Assembly: GCF_009914755.1 (NCBI RefSeq)
Contig: NC_060947.1
Length of the DNA stretch: 64,000 bases
Strand: one strand, 5' to 3'
Source of the DNA: the human T2T-CHM13v2.0 reference genome, Homo sapiens
A program made the translations under genes and the position numbers. Of the stretch, positions 40,677-55,245 are shown piece by piece. A model generated the notes under the pieces. It was not told where the DNA came from. It saw nothing but the letters and a program-made list of their open reading frames with translations, and ran no database searches. Numbering within the stretch: the stretch's first letter is position 1; every line of letters begins with the position of its first letter.

Positions 40677-42203
40677 TATCAACAGAGGATAAGGATAAGG
40701 GATAAAGAGAATAGAGAATTCAAGTAAATCTAAAAATTGCACAGTGAAGGGGTTGAAAGCCCCTTGATACAAAGTTCTCATTACCATCACAGGTACTTCA
40801 AAGTTAAAAAAAGAAAAAAGAAAAGAAGTCCAGACACAATGCCTCCCAGAAGATTCAATTTAGGTGCATTAATATTTCAAGGTATGTCTTTTAAGGAGTA
40901 AGATGTGAGCATGAGTATGGTCATGTCGCCTGTTGTTTGTTAATACACAATGGATTGCTTACCTTGCGTCTTTGAAAAATGCTGACTGCTTTTTCAAAAC
41001 TCACTGCCCCTCTATGGGATTTTAAAATCTTCCGGTAGAATATCAAAGCATTCACGATCTCATTTCTTTTTTTAAAAAAATCATAATAATGAACATTCAT
41101 ATAACACTCTGCATGGCATATTACTTTATTGTAAGCATTTTGTGAAATAAGTCATAAAATGTGAGAATTTTAGATTAGGAAATAAATGTATCTTAAATTT
41201 ATTCTACTCACTTAAATTTTTGTAAACATTAAGTGGCCACATAGAGATCAACAAGCAGGGATTTTTCATCACACCAGGGAGGGTATTGATCATCCCTTCA
41301 AATAAAGGAATTCTTAGTGCTTTTTTGTGGTTTTCTTTTGGATTGTATGGAATTGCCCTTCTCAACCTGGAGAAGTGTTGAAAATGATCATCTGGTCTTC
41401 GTTTTTTCTCCTCTATCTGTAAAACTCGACTTAAAAAGAACTTAGTTAAAGACTTTCTGCTACTGTGGACAAATTGCAAATTAATTAGCCAAAAGGAGAC
41501 TTCTAGTATCAAGTGAGATGAGAACACAACAGTTTTTATTACTTGGGACAGCATTTAGAATGGCTGATAGCAGCCGACACTGGCGGGACCACCATCCCTG
41601 GGATGTCCTTGACTTATTGGCAACTGCCAAAACACAGCAGATATTGCATAGACATTGTCCTTACCAAGCTGGGAGTCTCCACTTAATTTTACAGCATTTA
41701 CAGAGAACCACCTGAGTTTACAGCCTAAGAAAATTGGAGTTCATTCAGTCCACAGAGTCTTTCACTTGAATGTGCACAAAGCTCACATAGTGGTTTTGTT
41801 AAAATGCACATTCCGACTCAGCAGAGGTTGTGAGTTTCTTACAAGGTTTTTGGGCTGCTGATATTGACTTGTCTGACGACCACACATGGAGTCATGAGAT
41901 TCCATGCTAGAGCCTTTTCACTTTACACTGGAAGGATCTCATCTGCAGAGCAGATGGTCCATGGAAGGCAGCCAGTGCTTGCTTCATTGGGCAGCAGTCG
42001 TCCCCATGTCTGACAATTGTCCCTATGTCTCTGACCATTGAACTTGCTACTCTGACTTTCAAATATGAATGAGCCTGCTCACTGTGATCATGGTGAAGAT
42101 ATAGGTGGTAAAGATTATAGAGGGTAAAGATATAAACATATACATATATGCACATATATGTGTGCATATATATCACAATATATTATAAGAAATATATGTA
42201 TTA

Positions 42204-42937
<734 letters not shown>

Positions 42938-43497
42938 TATATCTATTATATTTTATATGCACACATGTAGACGTGCATTCATATATGTACATATAAATAA
43001 TATATCACAATATGTTAATAGAAATGGGTATGTAGTATATTGATTATATATATGTTATGTATACTCTATCATGCATCTACCTATGCAACAAGGAATAAGT
43101 GATTACAGCTGCTATCTGACTTAGTTTTTAACTTCTCTCTTTCTTGTCTGCGTGGCTTGAGGAATTTTCTTATAAGCTACTTTTCATTCTCCAATTACAC
43201 TAATTCCCTTTACGGCCCAAAAGAGCAAAAAGAAAATAGATTTTTAAACCCTTTGTTTCGTTTTGCTAAAGGTTGTGGCTGCCTTTTATTTTTATAGTGA
43301 GATTATCTGTAGTCATTTTCAGTCAACTTCAGCATAGTCAGTAAGTGAGAAACTAGTAGTTCTCAAACATGTCATTTCATGTAATCATACGGAACATGAA
43401 TATAGAAGAATTTTATTTTGGAGAAAGATGTTTCTGGCAAGGTCCGTCTCTTTCAGGTAGCTTGTATACTGAATGTGAATTGTTACCTTTTTCTTCA

Positions 43498-43813
43498 TTT
43501 TGTTTGTTTGTTTGTTTGGTTTTTTTTTTTTGACATGGAGTCTTGCTCTGTCACCCAGGCTGGAGTGCAGTGGTGTGATCTTGCCTGTCTGCAGCCTCCG
43601 CCTCCCAACTTCAAGTGATTCTCCTGCCTCAACCTTCTGAGTAGCTGGGATTACAGGCGCCTGCCACCACACCCAACTAAATTTTGTATTTTCAGTAGAG
43701 GCAGGGTTTCACTGTGTTGGCCAGGCTGTTTTTGAATTCCTGAACTCAAGTGATCTGCCTGCCTCAGTCTCCCAAAGTGCTGGGATTACAGGTGCAAGCC
43801 AACACGCCCCGCC
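43498..43813 (-). mobile_element. AluS with (TTTG)n tail
   Basis: gacatggagtcttgctctgtcacccaggctgg...cccaaagtgctgggattacagg. Confidence 0.95.
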
Positions 43814-44384
43814 TACCTTTTCATATGTCTGTGAACACACTTGGAATGCAGATGCCAAATCAACCCTTTTGCATCAAGAAAATGCAGTTTAACCTCGACT
43901 GTTTTGAAAACTGGGAAGCTACTGTTAATATCTTTGCTAACCTTATATCCCAGCTTCTTGCTTTGAGAAATTATAAGGATCTATTTTTATTAAGTATTAA
44001 ATGTTAGAAATCTAGGAACCATGTGCTTTGAAATAAAGTTTACTATAGTGATGGTGATTTTCTCCCCATCTAATATTTGATCCTACAGGTTGACTTCATG
44101 TTACTAATCACTTTCCTCTTAGGTGTTGCTAGTCACACTCTGACACCACTGTCCCCCTAAAAGGGGAAAGTGATTTTAATTATGATCAAACTTCCTTACA
44201 AATTGGAAAGACGTGTATCGTCCCCAAACAGACACCAACCTGGTCATCTGAATCATGTGGATCTAACCAGCACATCTGTTCTTAAAAGGATGATGGTATG
44301 ATTTGATATTCTTTTTTTTTTTTTTTTTTCTCATTTTGATCTATGGCCTTGCAGAGCAATTCTGTCCAGGGGACCCTTCCACCA

Positions 44385-44492
44385 CAGTGTGGATGCTTTT
44401 CACCTGTGCCATCAAATATGGCATTGCTAGATGTCTGTGGTTATTAAGCATTTAAGTGTGACTACTGCAGATGTGTGGGTTTTAATTTAATC
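44385..44492. mobile_element. MER3/MER33-type fragment; probable other half at ~46598-46657
   Basis: aaatatggcattgctag...gtggttattaagcatttaa and atttaaatagccacattggctgatggc. Confidence 0.55.
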
Positions 44493-44544
44493 ATTTAATA
44501 GTGACTAAATATTCATAACAAAATATACCCTCTTAACCATTTTA

Positions 44545-45335
44545 AAAATTTTGCATAAATTTAAAAGGTACATGTATTAGTCCATTTTCATACTGCTGTG
44601 AAGAAATACCTGAAGACTAGGAAATTTATAAAGAAAAAGAGGTTTAATGGACTCACAGTTCCACATTGCAGGGGAGGCCTCACAATCATGGTGGAAAGCA
44701 AAGGAGGAACATAGGCATGGCGGCAGGCAAGAGAGCTTGTGCAGGGGAACTCCCCTTTATAAAACCATCAGGTCTTGTGAGACTTACTCATTAACATGAG
44801 AACAGCATGGGAAAACCCGCCCCCACAATGAGGTCCCTCCCATGACTCATGGGGATTATTGGAGCTACAGTTCATGAGATTTGGGTGGGGACAGAGCCAA
44901 ACCATGTCAGTACAAGTGCAGCTTTTTTACATGGATATATTGCATGGGGTAAAGTTGGGACTTTGAGTGAATTCATCACCTGAATAGTTTACCTTGTACC
45001 CAATAGCTAACTTCTCATCCCTCACCCTTCTCCACCCTCCCAGCCTTCCAAGTCTCCAATGTCTACTATTCCACTCTCCGTGTCCACATGGATACATTAT
45101 TTAGCTCCCACTTATGTGGGTGAACATGCAGTATTAGTATATGACTTTCTGTTTCTGAGTTATTTTCCTTAAGATAATGGCCTCCAGTTCCATCCATGTT
45201 GCTGCAAAAGACATGATTTCATTCTTTTTTATGGTTGCATAGTATTCCATGGTGTACATGTACCACAGTTTCTTCATCCAGTCATCCACTGATGGACACT
45301 TAGGTCTTTGCTACTGTGAATAGAGCTGTGATGCA
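44545..45335 (-). mobile_element. L1PB/L1MA 3' end split by THE1
   Basis: aaggtaca|agtgcagctttttacatggatatattgc...gcctccagttccatccatgttgctgcaaaagac. Confidence 0.85.
44573..44909 (-). mobile_element. THE1 (C-like) solo LTR
   Basis: tgtattagtccattttca...gccaaaccatgtca; perfect 5-bp TSD gtaca. Confidence 0.93.
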
Positions 45336-45554
45336 CGTAAAACTGCAACCATTAAGTACATTCACATTGTTATGCAACTATCACCACCCTTCATCTCCAG
45401 AACTTTTTTTGTCTTCTCAAACTGAAACTCTGTCCCCATTAAACACTAACTCCCCAGACTCCTCTTTCTTCTGCCCCTGGCAACCACCTTTCTACTTTCT
45501 ATCTCTATGAATTTGACTGCTTTATGTGCCTCATATAAGTGAAATCATATGGTA

Positions 45555-45892
45555 CAGTCATCCATTTAACAATAAGAATACTTCCTGAGAAATGTACCAT
45601 TAGGCAATTTTGTCTTTGCGGGAACATCAGAGAGTGCACTTACACAAACCTAGGTGGTACAGCCTGCTACACACCTACATTATATGGTAGAGCCTGTTGC
45701 TCCTGGGCTACAAACCTGTGTGGAATCTTACTATACTGGATACAGTAGGCAATTGTAACACAATGGTAAAGTGATTATGTATCAACACATACCTAAGCAT
45801 AGAAAAGGTACAGTAAAAGTATGACATAATCTTATGAGACCACCATTGTATATGCAATCTGTCATTGACTGAAATATATTTTTGTGGTGCAT
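45555..45892. mobile_element. Tigger3a (MER7A)-type element
   Basis: ta|cagtcat...cttacacaaacctag...gctcctgggctacaaacctgt...catagaaaaggtacagtaaaa. Confidence 0.85.
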
Positions 45893-45941
45893 AGTGGTGT
45901 TTTTCTTTCATTGTGACTGGTTTCTTGAGCACAATGTTTTC

Positions 45942-46257
45942 TTTTCTTTCTTTTCTTTTCTTTTTTTCTTTTCTTTGAGACAGGGTCTCACTCTGCTACG
46001 CATGCTGGAGTGCAGTGGTGCCATCATGGGCCACTGCAGCCTTAATCTCCTGGGCTCAATTAATCCTTTTGCCTCAGCCTCCCAAGTAGCTGAGACCACA
46101 GACATGCACCCACATGCCCGGCTAATTTTTGTATTTCTTATAGAGACAGAGTTTTGCCATGTTGCCCAGGCTGGTCTAGAACTCTTGAGCTCAAGCAATC
46201 CTCCTGCCTTAGCCTTCCAAATTGCTAGGATTATAGGCATGAGCCATCATGCCAGGA
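45942..46257 (-). mobile_element. AluJ
   Basis: Perfect 16-bp TSD tgagcacaatgttttc. Confidence 0.95.
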
Positions 46258-47519
46258 TGAGCACAATGTTTTCAAGGTTAATCCATGTTGTAGCATGTGT
46301 TAGAATTTCTTTTTTCTTTTTAAGGCTGAATAATATTCCATTGAATGGATATACCACATTTTGTTTATCCATTCATCTGTCAATGGTTGTTTCTACACTT
46401 TGACTATTATGAACAATGTTGCCATGAACATGTTTGAATCCCTGCTTTCAATTCTTTTGGGTATATATTCCAGAAGTGAAATTGCTGGATCATACACTAA
46501 TTCTATGTTTAATTTTTTGAGGAAAAAGTTATTTTTTTCTATTTTACTATTTTCCATAGCAGCTGCACCATTTTATATTCTCAGAAGGAACTGAATTGTT
46601 CATTGCAATTTAAATTTAAATAGCCACATTGGCTGATGGCCTTGGTATTGGACACCATTGTCATAGATGACCAAAGTGAAACTTAAAAATTTATTTGCCC
46701 TGATGATTGGTAGATGAAACAGATTGGAATCTTCAGCAATAGCAGTCATAATCATGGGATATTTTGCTCCAAAAGTATTAGAATTCATTGGTCAATCTTC
46801 TATTTTGCATTTACCAAATATAAAAGCCTTTCTTGAAGTTTAAGGTGTCTAGGTATAAAAACATTTTAATTTGAGTAAGCTAATATTGATTGCTTGTCTA
46901 AAATTTGCACTCACACCATATCAAATTGAATGTAGGAATAAATGAGTGTGTTGCACATAAGTCTTTGTGATACCACTATATATGGGGACTTCCTGCAGGG
47001 GTACATTTGAAAATTTAAAGGATGCATGTTGTGTAAATGACTCAAAGCTCCATAGGCCCTGGGGAAGGTAGGGAGAGAACCCCATTGTGTCTCTTGCTTC
47101 TGTTTTGTGATAGGTTTAGCCCATGCTGGTTTGCCTCCCTCTCAGACATTTTAATAAACTCAACATACACAATTATTTCTCTCCATATCAATGGGAGGAA
47201 AACACCAGCTATGATTGCAATGAGCTTTAGAAGAACATCCTCCTCAGAGCACTAGAGCATTTGAGTTTGCTAAACTGAAGAATAACCAACATGGATTAGA
47301 GTGTATAGAACTCCAGAGGACAAAAAACTTGCTCATATAGCCAGCACTTGGATCAAAACATGGGCATTTTAACGACTCTATAATGCTCCCTCTTAACCAC
47401 CCATTTTTGTTCAATGATCCATGCCCAATATGGTAATAATAATGTCTATTCTGATGCCTGTCACACATTAACCTCTCCTCTGATATCTACTACTGTGGAT
47501 TTATTCAACTTCTTTCTTT

Positions 47520-48530
47520 GTAGCAGTAACTATTGCTGTGTAACAAAATCCCCCATCCTTGGTGGTTTAAAATAACCATTTGGTTATGCACACAAATTCT
47601 GTGGGGTGGGAATCTGGACAGAGTATGGGGAGGATGGCATGTCTCTGCTCCACGAAGTCTGAGGCTGTCAGTTCTCAGCTAGGAAAACTCAAAGACTGAG
47701 GTTGACTTTACAAGTAGGAGTAGTGCGATCAGAGAGTTTCATTTACTTCTATTTCTAACCCTTGTGTTGAGATGACTGGTGATTTGGACAACTCATCAGA
47801 GAGCTTACACAAGGTCTCTCGAGGGATGGATGCTTCCCAGCAGAATGGACTTAGGATGTTTCATGTGGTGGCTCAGGGCTCCAGGTACAAATATTCCAGA
47901 GGCAAGGAGAGCATCACTATATTCATTTCTTAGGACTGCTGTAATAAATTGCCACCCATTGAATGACTTTTAACAACAGAATTTTATTTTCTCAGAGTTC
48001 TGGTGGCAAGAAGTCTGAAATCAAGAGGTTTCAAGGCCACACTCCTTCCATGGGCTCTAGGGGAGGATCTTTCTGTCTCTCCCAGCTCCTGCGGGGTCCA
48101 GGAATCCCTGGGCTTGTGGCCGCATCTCTCCAGTCTCTGCTTCCATCTCCTCGTGGCCTCTGTGTCTGTGTCTTCTTCTCTTTTGTCTCTTAGAAGGACA
48201 TCTGTCATTGAATGTAGGGTTCTCACAGATAATCCAGGATAATTTCATCTTGAGATTCTTAGTTACATCTGCAAAGACCCTATTTCCAAATAAGCACACA
48301 TTTACAGGTTCTTTGTAGATGTTAGCACATGGACACACCTATTTGGAAGACACAAACACAATTCTACTCACTTCCACCATCTTCCCTTGGCTGGATCTGC
48401 TACATGCCAGTCCAGATTCCAGCAGAGGAGAATTATACGCCACCCTGTGATGGGGTTGGCGAAGTCACATTGGAGAAGACATTATAGGACAGAAGAGAAT
48501 GTGTGGCCCATTTCTAAAACACAACCTGCT
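47520..48530 (-). mobile_element. Old MLT1 (G/H-like) LTR split by a younger MLT1
   Basis: ctattgctgtgtaacaaa...gtctctgctccacga | cacttccaccatc...ccagattcca. Confidence 0.65.
47918..48360 (-). mobile_element. MLT1B/C LTR
   Basis: cttaggactgctgtaataaattgcca...acatctgcaaagaccctatttccaaataag. Confidence 0.85.
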
Positions 48531-48610
48531 GTAGCTGTGATCATCTCAACATTTGACCTTGATCAACATCAACTGTGCTAGCACGATCTGCGAATGAATG
48601 GCATGGTGCT

Positions 48611-48964
48611 TGCTATGGCCTCAATGTTTAAATCCCTTAAAATTCCTAAGTTGAAATCCTAACCCCAAAGGTGACTGTGTTCAGAGGTGGGGCTTTTTGG
48701 AGGTGGAGAGGCCATGAAGGTAAAGCCTTTTATAGTTCTCTTATAAAAGGGACCCCAGAGAGCTCCCTTGCCCCTTCCTCCATGTGAGGACACAGTACGA
48801 AGGTGCTGTCTATGAATCAGGAAGCGGGTCCCCACTAGACACTGAATCTGCCATGTCTTGATCTTAGACTCCCAGCCTCTAAGACTGTAAGCAATAAATT
48901 TCTCTTGTTCATAAGCCTACCAGTCTATGATATTTTCTTATAGCATCCTGAACAGACTAAGACT
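48611..48964 (+). mobile_element. MLT1A/A0 LTR
   Basis: tgctatggcctcaatg...ttataaaagggaccccagagagc...gcaataaatttctc...gactaagac. Confidence 0.88.
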
Positions 48965-49212
48965 GAATTACCTCTGCTTTTTCTTAAGGTTGGCATTTCC
49001 TGACTACTTTTAAAGCAAACAAAAATTGTGATTGCTTGCATTCCTTGGTCACTTCTTTGCTTGGAGGTAAAAATATTCTATTAGCTTTTCAACAGGCTGC
49101 GTTTTCTAATGGAGGTGTTTCATTGTGGCTATTCGTGTATGCTTCTGATTCCTCGTTATAATATTGCTTCTTTCACACTGAGATACTCAGCAACTTGAAA
49201 GGTGAAATATAA

Positions 49213-49213
<1 letters not shown>

Positions 49214-49246
<33 letters not shown>

Positions 49247-50176
49247 ATCCGGTCTTTATTTATACATACAAATACGTTTACATATACACACAGAGAGAGA
49301 CAGACTTTTTAACCTATTCATAGTTAACAAATATTTTAACACACACACACAGAGACAGAGAGAGATCTTCATCTATTTATAGCTACAAATATATTTACAC
49401 AAACAGAGAGACAGAGAAAAAGAGAGATCTTCATCTATTTATACTTACAAGTGTTTACACATACACACACAGAGATTTATACCTATTGATACTTACAGAT
49501 ATGTTTACACACAGAGAGAGACACAGAGAGAGAGAGATAGGGAGATCATCATTTATTTATACTCACAAATATGTTTACAAACACAGAGAGAGACAGAGAG
49601 AGAACTATTTTAATCTATTTATACTTACAGATATGTTACACACAGAGAAAATGAGGCAGAGACATTTTCATGTATTCATACTTACAAATATGTTTACCCC
49701 CCCACACACACACAGAGACAGAGAGAGAGATCTTCATCTATTTATACTTAAAAATGTTTACACACACAGAAAGACACACAGAGAGAGATTTTCATCTATT
49801 TATACTTACAGATGTTTACACAGAGAGACAGAGAGAGATTATTATCTATTTATACTCACAAATATGTTTACATAGAAAGAGAGAGACAGAGAGATTTTCA
49901 TCTATTTATACTTACAGATATGTTTACACACAGAGAGAAAGAGACAGAGAGATTTTCATATATTCATGCTTACAGATATGTTTACACAGAGAGAGAGAAA
50001 AAGAGAGATTCTCATCTATTTATACTGACAAATATGTTTACACAGGGAGAGAGATGGAGAGGGAGAGAGATCTAGATTTATACTTACAAATGTGTTTATA
50101 CACACAGAGACAGAGAGAGACAGAGAAATAGTCATCTATTTATACTTACAAATATGTTTGCATACACACACGTGCG

Positions 50177-50228
<52 letters not shown>

Positions 50229-50255
50229 GAGAGAGAGAGAAAAGAGAGACAGAGA
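49214..50255. repeat. ~58-bp minisatellite (~16 units) bounded by (CA)n and a compound (CG)(CA)(TA)(GA) tract
   Basis: Unit ~tcatctatttatacttacaaatatgtttacacac(ag)n. Confidence 0.92.
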
Positions 50256-50954
50256 TTGACAATGCTCTATCCTGAGAAGTTTGCCTTGAGAGTACCCCTT
50301 CTGCGTTTTGTCAATGTTCATTTCAGTGTTAGTGTGGAGAATTCGACAGAGCATAACTGACTTGAAGACCATTGCCACATTTTAATAATATGGTGAAGAG
50401 AACTCATCCAGCTGATCAAATAGTAGGAACACCCATTTAAGAGGCAGAATAATCCCCTGAGTCAACAAATCCGTATGGAGAAAGCTGTCTTTTGAGAGCC
50501 CTCTGCATTAAAATTTTGTGTGAGTGAAGATAAATACAGCCAGCCTTTCACTAACTTACAGGTTACCCTCTCCAGTGCTTTCCAGTCCTGGCCCTTGTCT
50601 TAAATGACCCAACAAATATCAGAACCAAAGGAGATGATTTGCTCTCCACATGCAAACTTCTCTAGAGGATGCTGGCTCTAAGAGCGCTTTATTTTCATAC
50701 TTGCTCCTATTTTGTCAGAGAGTGGGAATCTGGGAGTTGCCTTTTCCATTCCACCCCACTCAAGTTCAGCAGTTGCCCTTTTGTTCTTTGTAGGAAGAGA
50801 AAATTAAATCAATTGCTGGTGCAGGTGTGTAGAAATCGTCTCTGGTTTGCACAGACTGTGGGAGAGAGGAGAGGAACATCAGCCATGGCTTTCAAGTTAA
50901 TTCTTGATATGTTGGTGAAGGGTTGGTCGTAACTTTTTGAATTCATTTTTCAGA

Positions 50955-51382
50955 ATTATGAAGTACCACAGACTGGGTGTCAGGAATAACAAAAATGCAT
51001 TCTCTCATAATTCTGGGGTGTAGAAGTCTGAAATCAAAGTGCTAGCATGGTTGGCTTCTTCTGTAAACTCCAGGAGAATCCATTTCATGCCCCTATCCTA
51101 TTTTTATGTGGTTGGTGGCAGTTGGTGTTCTTTACCTGGTAGACACACTATGCCTATCTCTGCCTCCGTCTTATGGTGTTTTTCCCGCGTGCATGCAAGT
51201 CTTTACATTCTTATAGGGACACCAGTCATATTGGATCAGGGAGCCACCCTACTCCAATGGAACCTCATCTTTAACTAAAGATATCTGCACAGACCCTATT
51301 TCCAAGTAAGTTCACATTCACAGGTATTGTGGGTTAGGACTTGGACATATCTGTTGGAGTTGCACAACTCAAGCTGCAACAC
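50955..51382 (-). mobile_element. MLT1A/B/C LTR
   Basis: gtaccacagactgggtg...gacaccagtcatattggatcagg...gttaggacttggacatatc. Confidence 0.85.
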
Positions 51383-51562
51383 TTTCTTAATAGGTTCTTG
51401 CAAACACCAAGGAAGTTACGCATTTATCTAATACATTTTAGCAGTACTTCCAGGGATTCTTAGATGTGTAGTAGAGAAGATAGCCTCACTAGGGGCCCTG
51501 CTTGGGGAAGTTGGACTTTCAGAGGCTGAGAAAAGCTGGAGGAAGAACTGTCCCTCACTTGG

Positions 51563-51951
51563 TGATGTGGTTTGGCTCTGTGTCCCCACCCAAATCTCTT
51601 CTTGAATTGTAATTCCCACGTGTTGAAAAAGGGACCTATGATACCCACGTGTCAAGGGAGGAAGGTGATTGGATCGTGGGGATGGTTTTCCCCATGCTGT
51701 TTTTGTGATAGTGAGTGAGTTCTCATGGGGTCTGATGGTTTTATAAGCATCTGGCATTTCTCCTGCTTGCACATCTCTCTCCTTCTGCCATGCGAAGAAG
51801 GTCCTTGCTTCTTCTTCACCTTCCTCCATGATTGTAAGTTTCCTGAGGCCTCCCCAGCCAGGCAGATCTGTGAGTCAATTAAACCTCTTTCCTTTATAAA
51901 TTACACAGTCTCAGGTATTTCTTTATAACAATGTGAGAACAAACTAATCCA
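51563..51951 (+). mobile_element. THE1 (D-like) solo LTR
   Basis: tgatgtggtttggctctgtgtcccc...actaatcca; perfect TSD cttgg. Confidence 0.93.
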
Positions 51952-52711
51952 CTTGGAAAACACACACATCTCAGAATTCAGGGTGCACATTTAATATTTA
52001 AACATTGGTCTACTTTTGTTCCTTCCCTTTGTCTACCCAGGGCCTTTGTCTCATTGAGCAGATTTCTTCTCTCCAGGTGCATTTTGCTTTCTCCGTATTT
52101 ACATTTCATCAAAGTTAGCAGATCATTACTCAGTTTCTCTCAAGATCTGCCATCTGAGCTACCTGCCTCCTGGCAGCATAAATTCTTCTTTAGAGGGCAA
52201 TCAGCTCGGTTTTCTTTCTATTGGTACTGCACACCCTTGAGTTTCTACCATGAGTTTCCTTTTATGCTAGATACTGCCTTGGATTTGGCATTTTTTTTTT
52301 CATATGAAGAAGAAGAGCACATCCTAGAGCAAATACATTTTGGAAATAATTAGACAGCAAAATTGTCATCGTGGTAAAACCAATTTAATTTTTTTTCTAA
52401 AGAGTAGAGTACATCACACCAGTGAGTTATCTGTCAAAGGGTTTATTTATTCAACTCTACCCTCAGTGACCTTGAAACACTTAGAGAACATACAGGCATG
52501 AAATCATAAGTGTCTCCATTGTCAAAAGATTTCTAACAGATGCTAACTAGGACTGTTAACTGCTTACTTATAGGAACTTGTAGGTGATGTCGTCGTCCTA
52601 AATTTAAATAATTAGCAACACTGATTCTTCCACAAAGCTGTGATCAAATCCACCTACTCCTAACTTCTCCCTGCTACTGTTCCCCAGAACACTACATTCT
52701 TCAACTGTGAA

Positions 52712-52756
52712 GTGTGTGTGTGTGTGTGTGTGTGTGTGTCTTTGGGTGTGTGTGTG
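52712..52756. repeat. (TG)n microsatellite, interrupted
   Basis: Direct inspection. Confidence 0.95.
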
Positions 52757-52875
52757 TTGAGTTGAATTGTGTCCTGCAAATAGATATATTGAAGTCTTAA
52801 CCCCTGGTGCCTCCGAATGTGACAGTTTTTGAAAAAAGAGTCTTTATGGATGTATTCAAGTTAAGATGAGGTCAC
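52752..52875 (+). mobile_element. MLT1B/C 5' fragment
   Basis: gttgaattgtgtcc...gaatgtgac...gttaagatgaggtca. Confidence 0.75.
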
Positions 52876-53184
52876 TTAAAAAAGCACGTTTTTGTAGAAA
52901 CAGTCTAGGCAGGCTAATACAACTTTTTCGCTTAGTAATTTAGTAACTATTCTGAACATTAAAATTCCAGATGCCAGCCTAGAGTCAGTCCCAGAAGCAA
53001 GTCATTCTAAAGATAATAACCTTAAACTTATTTCTTTAATGATTTCTTCAACAAACCTGGGTTTGAGGCACTACTCTACTTTCTCTCATCATCTTTTATT
53101 TATTATTCTTAGCGAGGCATGTGAGAGAGTGAATAAAATCATAGATCACTGAAATATCAATGGGCATGAGGAAGACTTGAGTCC

Positions 53185-53718
53185 CTTTCAGCTGCCAGGC
53201 TCAGAAACTCCAATTCCAATTACCATCAATAATTTAAAATCTGAATGCTCACATGCATGGAAGCAGCTCAGGCTCAACGATGCCTGTAATGTTGGCAGTT
53301 CTTTCTAACCTTTCTCTCTGACCTCTTGGATGTTAGTTTCCAGATGTGTCTTACCAAGATGGTAGCCACAAATGGAATAGCACAAACTTTCTCTGTCATA
53401 CTCCAGACAGAAATGATAAAGGTGTCTCTTCCTTAGGAGTGTGGATATATTTCATAGCATCACTCCAGCAGCCCTTTTGTCTCATATTTTTGGATAGAAT
53501 TTAATCCCAATCCCATTTTTAAATCAAACAATGGCAGCATCGCCATAATTGGCTTGGACAAATCCTAATCTCTCTTCCCCTCCATCCTTCCTCGGGATAG
53601 GAATGGATTTCATTTATATGAAGCACTTGTGCTTAATAAATGTATAAAATTGGGGTTCTGTTAGGAAGGAGAAACGAGAGGAGGATGCTTTGTAAGACAC
53701 CAAAATGTCAACAACAAT
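53185..53718 (-). mobile_element. Ancient MLT1 (K/L-like) LTR
   Basis: caagatggtagcc...aaaattggggttctgttaggaaggag; highly diverged. Confidence 0.5.
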
Positions 53719-54686
53719 AAGTCTGTAGGGGAACTCATCTTTGCATTACTCTTGAGACGAGCCCTGGGATAGATTTATTGATCATGCACTCAATAATTTG
53801 CTTAAATCAGAAACAGATTCAAGGTTATTTGCATTTTTAAATCAGCTCTCTACTGAGTTCTTTAAGGAATTCCTCACACCTCTTGGATATAACAAGAGAC
53901 TCACATAATTGGGGAACTCCTTTTAAGGCACCAGAATTATACACCTGTGTCTTTTATATGTAACCAATTTCTCTTTTGAGGAGTAGACTTAAGTAATGAT
54001 GCCACTTCAGTAAGCCCTCAAAACTTTTCTTTAATCAATATCCTCTATGCCCTAGGAGCAAGCATTCCTTTTCAGAGCTTTTTCTTATTTTTGAGTCTCA
54101 CATTATATTGATTTATATAGGCTTTCAAATTCCATTATTTTATCCTCCAACTGTAAAGAGTTTGTGCTAAGGCCAATGTTTCTTTGTAAGAATGTTATGG
54201 AGGCAAATATATCATTTCAGCTTATTCACTTCATTCCACTGTCTTTAAGAAAATATCATTTCTCCTTACCTTCTTAGTGTCAAGAAAAGAAAGTCAAGCT
54301 CTTTCACTGAAACAAGTTTTGACGTGTGCAAAGAGGGCCAATTAAAATTTTACTTAAGAATTAATATTTTTTTCCAAAAAATTAACACTTATGTATTTGT
54401 TATTTTTGTAAGTAACATTATATATTTCAAACGGAACTGACTTCTTGCCTAAACATTTTTAAAGGAAAACAGGAGATTATAAAAACCACAAATCACTTAT
54501 AATTACATCAACATAGAATGAAAGGTGTGAACCATTTGGCATGTATATTTTTGTTGTTTCATTTTTCTCTTTTTCTCTCTTCTCCATTTTTACCTGGTAT
54601 ACAGAAAGAACTCTAGGGAAGTATTAATTTACAATACAACTCATCAATTATAATGCAATAGATAGATAGATATGTAGGTAGATAGA

Positions 54687-55129
54687 TAGTTGACCGTTGA
54701 ACAACATGAATTTGAAGAGCATGGGCTCACTTATGCATAGATTTCCTTCTGCCTCTGCCACCCCTTAGACAGCAAGACTAACGCCTCCTCTTCCTCCTCC
54801 TCCTCAGCCTCCTCAACGTGAAGACAACAGAGATGAAGACCTTTATGAGGATCCACTTCCACTCAATAAATAGTAAATATATTTTGTCTTCCTTATAATT
54901 TTCTTTAACGTTTTATTTTTGCTAGCTTACTTTATTGTAAGAATACAGTATATATAGTATATAATGCATATCACATACAAAATATGAGTTAATCTGCTGT
55001 ATATGTCATTAGTAAGGCTTTGAGTCAACAGTAGTCCATTAATAGTTAAGTTTTGGGGAGTTGAATGTTGTACATGGATTTTTGAGTGCACAAGAGGTCA
55101 ATGTCTCTAACAACGATGTTGGCCAACTG
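54687..55129. mobile_element. Tigger2a-type element
   Basis: agttgaccgttgaacaacatg...caactg; homologous to 42204-42937. Confidence 0.9.
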
Positions 55130-55207
55130 TCTTTTATTTACAATATAATTATATATATTAATACATATATAATTATATATATACACACAATACATATAAT
55201 GTGTGGG

Positions 55208-55245
<38 letters not shown>

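Larger units (their letters stand above)
44495..46590 (-). mobile_element. L1MB-type 3' region hosting younger insertions
   Basis: cttaaccattttaa | cattaagtacattcacattgttatgcaac...actgaaactctgtccccattaaac | aaggctgaataatattccattg...gaaattgctggatcat. Confidence 0.8.
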
